Positions 58,586-64,000 of a stretch of 64,000 nucleotides of DNA are shown piece after piece. Each line of letters opens with the position of its first letter. Position 1 is the first letter of the stretch. This stretch comes from Patescibacteria group bacterium (GTDB taxonomy: Bacteria > Patescibacteriota > Minisyncoccia > UBA6257 > JACRHW01). The translations under genes were made by a program, and so were the position numbers. Under the pieces are notes generated by a model, which made no database searches, was not told the DNA's origin, and saw only the letters and a list, made by a program, of their open reading frames with translations. The stretch spans positions 377,954-441,953 of the forward strand of contig JAGWJP010000001.1 in NCBI GenBank assembly GCA_028865725.1, written 5' to 3'.

Positions 58586-58656
58586 TCGGGCTGCCGGGAA
58601 TCGGACCCGGGTCACACCCACCCCAAGGGTGCATACTACCATTATACTACAGCCCG
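58586..58656 (-). tRNA. tRNA-Pro (anticodon GGG), CCA not encoded
   Basis: Manual fold: acceptor CGGGCUG/CAGCCCG; D-loop with GG; anticodon stem CACCC/GGGUG with loop UUGGGGU (U33, GGG, G37); T-arm CCGGG-UCCGAUU-CCCGG (unusual C55); discriminator A. Confidence 0.6.
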
Positions 58657-58792
58657 CGGTATACACACGCACGGTGAAACACACGCCATGAGGCATTCCT
58701 CACACAGCGTAACAGACGCGCAAAGGTTCTGCAATGCACGACCGTGTACTGCAAACAAAAAACCGTACATTATTATGGCACGGCGATTCTTT

Positions 58793-59086
58793 TTATTCTT
58801 CCGTTTTTTGTTTCCATATCCATTCCACATACACTACACCAGCAGCGCCCCAGCACAACACCTGAAATATAAACCAGCAAAAACCCGCGATACTCAAAAA
58901 AACAGACTTCTCCCAAAACCCTTCAGGATGTAGGAAACTCTTAATCCAAAAGAAGATTCCTGTAGGAGCGAAACTAATGATCCCTACAGTAATACTCATG
59001 ACTATTTTCCAAAGCATATTCCATACCTTTGTGAAAATACTCATAATCATAATATGTTTCCTCCTTCTTTTGTTGATGGACGCCAT
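58793..59086 (-). CDS. small membrane protein (hypothetical)
   Basis: 97 aa, three hydrophobic helices. Confidence 0.35.
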   Translation of the reverse strand: MASINKRRRKHIMIMSIFTKVWNMLWKIVMSITVGIISFAPTGIFFWIKSFLHPEGFWEKSVFLSIAGFCWFIFQVLCWGAAGVVYVEWIWKQKTEE

Positions 59087-59166
59087 GAGAGTATCATCTT
59101 ATTGTACGTTTGTAAAGCGTGTGGTATATATTGAGGAGCACTTTACAACAAAAGGAGGCCTGTGGA

Positions 59167-60264
59167 ATGAGCCCGATCTCTCTTATTGAACGCGTGCATG
59201 GCTGTCTTTTGGGTGTCGCAATCGGCGATGCGCTTGGCATGCCGTGGGAAACGATGACGCGCGAAGAGATTAATGAAGCAACGGAAAGAAAAGGAGTTCT
59301 CAGATTTCACGATGCGGTGCAACAGCGGCTTCGTGACACCAAAGATTTTCGCGCAGGAGATACTACCGATGATTGGCAACTCACGAAAGTTGTCGCACGT
59401 TCTTTGATTCGACAAGGACATTATGATGTAATCGATTGCGCACAAGAACATGTGAAAGAATTACACCACTCCACGTTTGGATGGGGTAAAAGCACGACAA
59501 AAGGCATTCAGAATGTCAGCAATTTTTTATACCATATCCCAAAACCTGGTGAACGGTATTTTGCGTCTCAGTCATTTGCTACCCCAAAAGGATGTGGAAA
59601 TGGTGTTGCTATGAAAATCAGTCCTCTTGCCCTTTTCTATGGTATCCGCGCAGCATCGCGTGGTGAACAAGGCAATGATGTTTTTTCATTCTATTCAGAT
59701 GTAATGAGTCTCGGATCATTGACACACGGAGATCGACGCACCTCGTTTGCTGCATTTGCATTCGGACGGACGCTTATAGCCCTCCTCACCAGAAACCTAC
59801 CCCTTTGTGACGTCGCTCTTGAATCACATTTGAATGAACTACTCTCGGGCATGTTACTCTGCGAAATTATTTTGCAAACAAGAGGATGGGAACATTGTTA
59901 TGATGCACACGAACCTGATCCTTTCTATGCGAGACTTCACAAACTTTGCAGCGAAGAATGTCTCAACCCGGCACGCGCTGCATCCATTCTCTCTACTGCA
60001 ACGGGTACAGGCTGTTTTGCCCTCGAATCGGTGCCGTTCGCACTGGGAACATTTTTGCGTCATCCTCATGATTTCGAGGCTGGCGTACTTGAAGCCGTCA
60101 ACGCGGGCGGAGATACTGATACGAATGCATCCATGGTGGGTGCACTTATTGGGGCCAATGTGGGGGTCCATAACATACCTGATTCCTGGCATTATTTCAG
60201 AAAAGCATACGAAGAAGCAGAAACGCTCGCGGTGCAGCTTTTTCACACTGCGACAAAAACGTAA
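59167..60264 (+). CDS. ADP-ribosylglycohydrolase family protein (DraG-like)
   Basis: GCLLGVAIGDALGMPWE; C-terminal GGDTDTNASMVGALIGA; start set at MSPISLI. Confidence 0.8.
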   Translation: MSPISLIERVHGCLLGVAIGDALGMPWETMTREEINEATERKGVLRFHDAVQQRLRDTKDFRAGDTTDDWQLTKVVARSLIRQGHYDVIDCAQEHVKELHHSTFGWGKSTTKGIQNVSNFLYHIPKPGERYFASQSFATPKGCGNGVAMKISPLALFYGIRAASRGEQGNDVFSFYSDVMSLGSLTHGDRRTSFAAFAFGRTLIALLTRNLPLCDVALESHLNELLSGMLLCEIILQTRGWEHCYDAHEPDPFYARLHKLCSEECLNPARAASILSTATGTGCFALESVPFALGTFLRHPHDFEAGVLEAVNAGGDTDTNASMVGALIGANVGVHNIPDSWHYFRKAYEEAETLAVQLFHTATKT

Positions 60265-60265
60265 T

Positions 60266-60298
60266 AAAAAACGAGGGGGCTCCTCGTTTTATTGTTTT
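60266..60298 (+). terminator. rho-independent terminator
   Basis: AACGAGG-gggcu-CCUCGUU-UUAUUGUUUU. Confidence 0.55.
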
Positions 60299-60401
60299 CT
60301 ATTCCTCTATCCCCTCCGTTTTCTTAAAAAAAGATCCGATACGACACGTTTCATATAAATCATTACGCAACATTATCCACACCCTCTCCCGATCTTCTCT
60401 A

Positions 60402-60407
60402 CGGTAT
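60402..60407 (+). promoter_or_regulatory. -10 box TATAAT 9 nt upstream of yjjX-like ATG (possible leaderless mRNA)
   Basis: ggTATAATaatccaATG; no SD sequence in between. Confidence 0.35.
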
Positions 60408-60416
60408 AATAATCCA

Positions 60417-60947
60417 ATGGCTCACATTATTATCACCTCAAAAAATCCAGTAAAAATACACGCCGCTTGTGATGCGTTTAAAAAAATGTTTCCGGGAGAA
60501 TCGCACACAGTGCAAGAAGTGTCAGTACGCTCTGATGTTTCAGCGCAGCCTATGAGCGACGAGGAAACATTTCGAGGTGCAGTAAATCGTGTACAAAATG
60601 CTGTGAAATTTCATCCTGGCGCTGATTTTTGGGTGGGGATGGAAGGCGGAGTAGACACGCATCAGGAACATCTCTCTTCATTTGCTTGGATTGTAGTACG
60701 TTCGAAAGAGGGAAAATGGGGAAAAGGAAAAACAGGAACATTTATTCTCCCCACACAAGTAGCTTCCCTTGTACGTGCCGGTACAGAACTCGGCGATGCC
60801 GATGATATTGTTTTCGGCAACACAAACTCTAAACAGCAAAATGGCGCCATCGGCCTCCTTACTGACAATCTCATTGATCGAACTCACTTTTATTCTTCGG
60901 CCACAATCTGCGCGCTTATTCCTTTCAAAAAACCGCACCTCTATTGA
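60417..60947 (+). CDS. yjjX: inosine/xanthosine triphosphatase (YjjX family non-canonical purine NTP phosphatase)
   Basis: IIITSKNPVKIHAACDAF...VRSDVSAQPMSDEETFRGAVNRV...GMEGG...GAIGLLT...ICALIPF. Confidence 0.75.
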   Translation: MAHIIITSKNPVKIHAACDAFKKMFPGESHTVQEVSVRSDVSAQPMSDEETFRGAVNRVQNAVKFHPGADFWVGMEGGVDTHQEHLSSFAWIVVRSKEGKWGKGKTGTFILPTQVASLVRAGTELGDADDIVFGNTNSKQQNGAIGLLTDNLIDRTHFYSSATICALIPFKKPHLY

Positions 60948-60983
60948 TTTTGCATTCATTCCGGATTAGCATAGGTTCAGTTC

Positions 60984-61316
60984 TTGAAAAGGGCAGGTAA
61001 CAAAATCATGCCTCACTGGTTTCTCCATTTATTACTCTACCAGCAAATAATGCTTTGTGTCGTGAGTTATGCAGCATGCGGGACATTTACCATGATTATT
61101 GCAGCACGCCATAACCATAACTCGAAAAGGTGGAAACCCAAAAACAAACCCTCTTCTGCAAATCAAGATGAATTTGAGCGCATGCTCGGTATTACATTTT
61201 GGCTGTGGCCTCTCGTTCTTTTGATTTGTTTTTGTGTGATATTCGTTTCGACGATCATGGGCGACTTTGCAGCACTTCCTTGCGCAATCTATCAGATTTA
61301 CGGACCAAGAGGCTAA
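60984..61316 (+). CDS. membrane protein (hypothetical)
   Basis: 110 aa, three TM helices; its own terminator downstream. Confidence 0.4.
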   Translation: MKRAGNKIMPHWFLHLLLYQQIMLCVVSYAACGTFTMIIAARHNHNSKRWKPKNKPSSANQDEFERMLGITFWLWPLVLLICFCVIFVSTIMGDFAALPCAIYQIYGPRG

Positions 61317-61323
61317 CCGTTAT

Positions 61324-61353
61324 AAAAATCGCCGAGCATACGCTCGGTTTTTG
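61324..61353 (+). terminator. rho-independent terminator
   Basis: AAAAAUCG-CCGAGC-auac-GCUCGG-UUUUU. Confidence 0.55.
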
Positions 61354-61361
61354 TAGAAAAC

Positions 61362-61480
61362 AAAACTCCGCTTTTTTATTCCGGCAAAACCCAAGTGGGA
61401 ACTCTCAACGCACAACCCACAGGTTGTGGTAATTCGAGCATCCCGAACGGAATTATTTGATCCGAAAAAAGCGGAGCTTT
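61362..61480 (+). other. nested-hairpin structured region upstream of ddl (possible leader/attenuator or small RNA)
   Basis: Outer 12-bp stem AAAACUCCGCUUUUUU...AAAAAAGCGGAG enclosing about 90 nt, with UUCCG/CGGAA and mutually exclusive AACC-CACAG-GGUU versus CCACA-GGU-UGUGG hairpins. Confidence 0.3.
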
Positions 61481-61559
61481 GCTTTTATTATATCAGGTTT
61501 CATATTTTTTAAAACAAGGCTATACTGTTAATAAGTTTTTCGTTATAGAGATTATTGCC

Positions 61560-62549
61560 ATGCGTCACAAAACCCGTGTCGGCGTTCTTATGGGAGGGAT
61601 ATCAAGTGAACGAAATATTTCTCTGCTCTCAGGGGCGGAAGTTATCACGCATCTTCCCACGGATCGTTATGAAGCATACCCCATAGAAATTACGCGGGAT
61701 CAGAAATGGATCTTTAATAGGACGAGGGTATTGTCGCTCTTTCCCCGCAATGATCTTAAGCACTATTGCGACGTAGTGTTTGTCGCTTTGCATGGCGCGT
61801 TTGGAGAAGATGGCACCGTGCAGGCAATTCTTGAAACGCTTCAAATCCCTTATACCGGCTCCGACGTGCGCGCAAGCGCACTCGGTATGAACAAAATAAG
61901 AACATCTCGTTTCCTTGCTGCGCACAAAATCGCGATACCTCGATCAATCCTCATTACTAATGCTATGTCCACACAAGAATGTAAAAGCGCTCTTGCACAG
62001 ATCGGGTTCCCTTGCATCATAAAACCGAACGCATCAGGCTCAAGTGTGGGAATCAGCGTGGTGCACGCACAAAAAGATATTGCGCCCGCATTACGCAAGG
62101 CGTTTCGCGAAGGAGGTGCTGTCATCGCTCAAGCATACATTCGGGGACGAGAATTTTCTTGCGGTGTAATGGGAAATACATTCTCGTCCCTTACCGCTCT
62201 TCCTCCTATCGAGATTATCACTTCGAGAACCTTTTTTGATTATCATGCCAAATATCATTCTCGTACTACGCAAGAAATTTGTCCTGCGCCCATTTCTTTA
62301 TATCTCCGAAACAAGATTGCGGAGGTAAGCCTGCGCGCCCATACCCTACTAGGGTGCAGCGGGCTTACACGTTCTGATTTTATGCTCACCTCTGACCATT
62401 TGCTCTATTTTCTTGAAATAAATACAATCCTGGGCATTACCCAATCGAGTCTTTGTCCAAAGGCGGCACGCGCGGCAGGCATACCATTTCCTGAATTTTT
62501 ACATCAACAAGTACAACTCGCGCTTTTAAAAATGAATCACCTCTCTTAA
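61560..62549 (+). CDS. ddl: D-alanine--D-alanine ligase
   Basis: RVGVLMGGISSERNISLLSGAEV...ALHGAFGEDGTVQAILETLQIPYTGS; ATP-grasp; start set at MRHKTRVGVL. Confidence 0.85.
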   Translation: MRHKTRVGVLMGGISSERNISLLSGAEVITHLPTDRYEAYPIEITRDQKWIFNRTRVLSLFPRNDLKHYCDVVFVALHGAFGEDGTVQAILETLQIPYTGSDVRASALGMNKIRTSRFLAAHKIAIPRSILITNAMSTQECKSALAQIGFPCIIKPNASGSSVGISVVHAQKDIAPALRKAFREGGAVIAQAYIRGREFSCGVMGNTFSSLTALPPIEIITSRTFFDYHAKYHSRTTQEICPAPISLYLRNKIAEVSLRAHTLLGCSGLTRSDFMLTSDHLLYFLEINTILGITQSSLCPKAARAAGIPFPEFLHQQVQLALLKMNHLS

Positions 62550-62592
62550 TATCCTTTATCTGACGATCGTCGCTTACAGGATATTTTCACAT

Positions 62593-62622
62593 AAAAACCG
62601 CATTACGCGGTTTTTATTATTT
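62593..62622. terminator. bidirectional terminator between convergent ddl and ndk
   Basis: AAAAACCGC-auua-CGCGGUU-UUUAUUAUUU. Confidence 0.55.
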
Positions 62623-62635
62623 CTTACCTCTTGAT

Positions 62636-63232
62636 TCAAAACATGATATCCTCTTCTGCGCGAGGATATGCATGAATATCTTTCGGACTAAACCAAAGCT
62701 TTATCTCAAACTCAGCTTCCGCCGCATTTCCTGATGCGTGAACAATATTACGCACAGGACGTTTTTGTGCATTTGCAAGCAGTGGAGAGTCTACAGAATA
62801 ATCCCCTCGTACCGTACCCATTTCCGCTTGTGACGGCATCGTGCCTCCTGTGATTTTTCGTACCATCTCAACCGCGTGAAGCCCCTGTACCACCATTTTC
62901 ACAATAGGACCCGATGCCATAAAATCTACAATCCATCCATGCACCATCTTTCCTATCTTAACAGGATCGTTGGTTCCCATTTCTTTTTTTACATCAAATC
63001 CATACTTTTCATACGTAGCAAGAGTTTTCTCGCCCATTGCACGAAGATTTGAGTCTGCGGACGAATAGTGTTTTGCGAGATCTTTTTTCGATGCTTCAAT
63101 CATTTCTATCGCAACAATTTTTAACCCACGTTGCTCAATACGGCGAATAATTTCTCCGACAAGCCCTCTCTTTACCCCATCTGGTTTTACAATAACCAGC
63201 GTACGCTCTTCTTTAAGCAGTAATTTGGACAT
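62636..63232 (-). CDS. ndk: nucleoside diphosphate kinase (long form with about 50-aa internal insertion)
   Basis: RTLVIVKPDGVKRGLVGEIIRRIE...; NIVHASGN (active-site His); 198 aa. Confidence 0.85.
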   Translation of the reverse strand: MSKLLLKEERTLVIVKPDGVKRGLVGEIIRRIEQRGLKIVAIEMIEASKKDLAKHYSSADSNLRAMGEKTLATYEKYGFDVKKEMGTNDPVKIGKMVHGWIVDFMASGPIVKMVVQGLHAVEMVRKITGGTMPSQAEMGTVRGDYSVDSPLLANAQKRPVRNIVHASGNAAEAEFEIKLWFSPKDIHAYPRAEEDIMF

Positions 63233-63325
63233 ACAAATAATTAGTTATTTGATACAAGTATACCTGGGAAATGCAAAAGCGCAAGAAAAAAACTCACCAC
63301 AAGATGTGGTGAGTATATAACATTG

Positions 63326-63988
63326 CTACGGCGCAGGAGAAGGTGCAGGAGTGGCGGGTGCAGAAACAGGAGCAGTAGGTGTTTCAAGGCCGCGCTCACG
63401 CATAATCGCATACAGCTTAGCCTTTGCTACACCCATGGAATTTATTTTTCCATTCGAAAAAATCACTTCATAATCAGGCGCGATACCATGTCCCCAGCTA
63501 ATAAGCCTGTCCCCATCAGGAATACTAGACTTATAGACAGTCATATAGGCCACAAACCCATTGGGAAAAATGCGAAGCACTTGAGAAACATTTTTACCAA
63601 ATGTCTTTGATCCAACAACGATATTTCCATGTTCACGAAGCGACGCAACAACAATCTCTGATGCGCTCGCGGTAAGACCGTTTACAACCACAGCCACCGG
63701 ACCCGTAAATTTAGGAACACCGGGGAGCGGAAGAGTCTTCTGGAATTCATTTTTGCCGTGTTCGGTAGTCACTAAAATATAAGGATCGTTCGTAAAAAAA
63801 CTCGATACCGCAATAGCTCCATTTACGTATCCGCCCGTGTTATCTCTCAAATTGAGAATAATCCCTTTGACATGGTGAGCCACCACTAAATCAAGATAAA
63901 CTTTTAGGAACTGTTCCTCTATTTCTCGAGAAGAAAACGTCTTGATTGTAATGATACCAATGTCTCCATCTATTTCTTCAAGAACCAA
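63326..63988 (-). CDS. S41-family C-terminal processing peptidase, second paralog, 5' end beyond window
   Basis: VVVNGLTASASEIVVASLREHGNIVVGSKTFGKNVSQ; Pro/Ala-rich C-terminus; the ORF runs off the window edge. Confidence 0.7.
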   Translation of the reverse strand: MVLEEIDGDIGIITIKTFSSREIEEQFLKVYLDLVVAHHVKGIILNLRDNTGGYVNGAIAVSSFFTNDPYILVTTEHGKNEFQKTLPLPGVPKFTGPVAVVVNGLTASASEIVVASLREHGNIVVGSKTFGKNVSQVLRIFPNGFVAYMTVYKSSIPDGDRLISWGHGIAPDYEVIFSNGKINSMGVAKAKLYAIMRERGLETPTAPVSAPATPAPSPAP

Positions 63989-64000
63989 ATTTTTTCGCGG

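Noticed and set aside
1-64000. CRISPR arrays, rRNA genes, transposases/integrases
   Set aside because: No regularly spaced direct repeats and no recombinase-like or transposase-like ORFs were seen. The window appears free of classical mobile elements despite the fusA-tuf insertion.

Overview
This 64 kb window looks like core-genome housekeeping DNA from a small-genome bacterium. It probably belongs to a Patescibacteria/CPR-like lineage; that is an inference from the features listed next, not a database result. Several ribosomal proteins carry zinc-ribbon or tail extensions. L30 is absent from the spc operon. RpoA is short and lacks an alpha-CTD. AlaRS is short. Some genes look leaderless.

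Most genes sit on the minus strand in conserved operons. The alpha operon is here (infA-rpmJ-rpsM-rpsK-rpsD-rpoA-rplQ), followed by rplM-rpsI. The spc/S10 block runs rpsJ-rplC-rplD-rplW-rplB-rpsS-rplV-rpsC-rplP-rpmC-rpsQ-rplN-rplX-rplE-rpsZ-rpsH-rplF-rplR-rpsE-rplO-secY-adk-map. The str operon genes rpsL-rpsG-fusA are present, with tuf displaced.

Other recognisable genes are rpmA, rplI, def-fmt, murA, murJ, alaS, pgk-tpiA, rnhA, ruvX, ddl, ndk, yjjX-like, rpmB, a tRNA-Pro and RNase P RNA. There is a glycosylation cluster (DUF4012-like, GT4, GT4, a small phosphoglycosyl transferase, plus GT2 and GalT-like genes elsewhere). A FecR-domain protein is translationally coupled to a CHASE2 adenylate/guanylate cyclase.

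Four places are worth a second look:
- A roughly 3 kb insertion splits fusA from tuf. It carries a Hanks-type Ser/Thr kinase with an unknown C-terminal domain, small ORFs, an orphan Phd/YefM-like antitoxin gene behind hexamer repeats, and a GC-rich, hairpin-dense element of unknown identity.
- A cluster of three VirB2/TrbC-like two-TM pilin-like proteins includes two with a conserved GLVPC..C.LCD motif and large Cys-rich C-terminal domains. Those domains carry weak lytic-transglycosylase-like and papain-like signatures.
- The PriA homolog has lost its Walker A and Walker B motifs.
- A nested-hairpin RNA-like region lies upstream of ddl.

No CRISPR array, rRNA or obvious transposase/integrase was seen.
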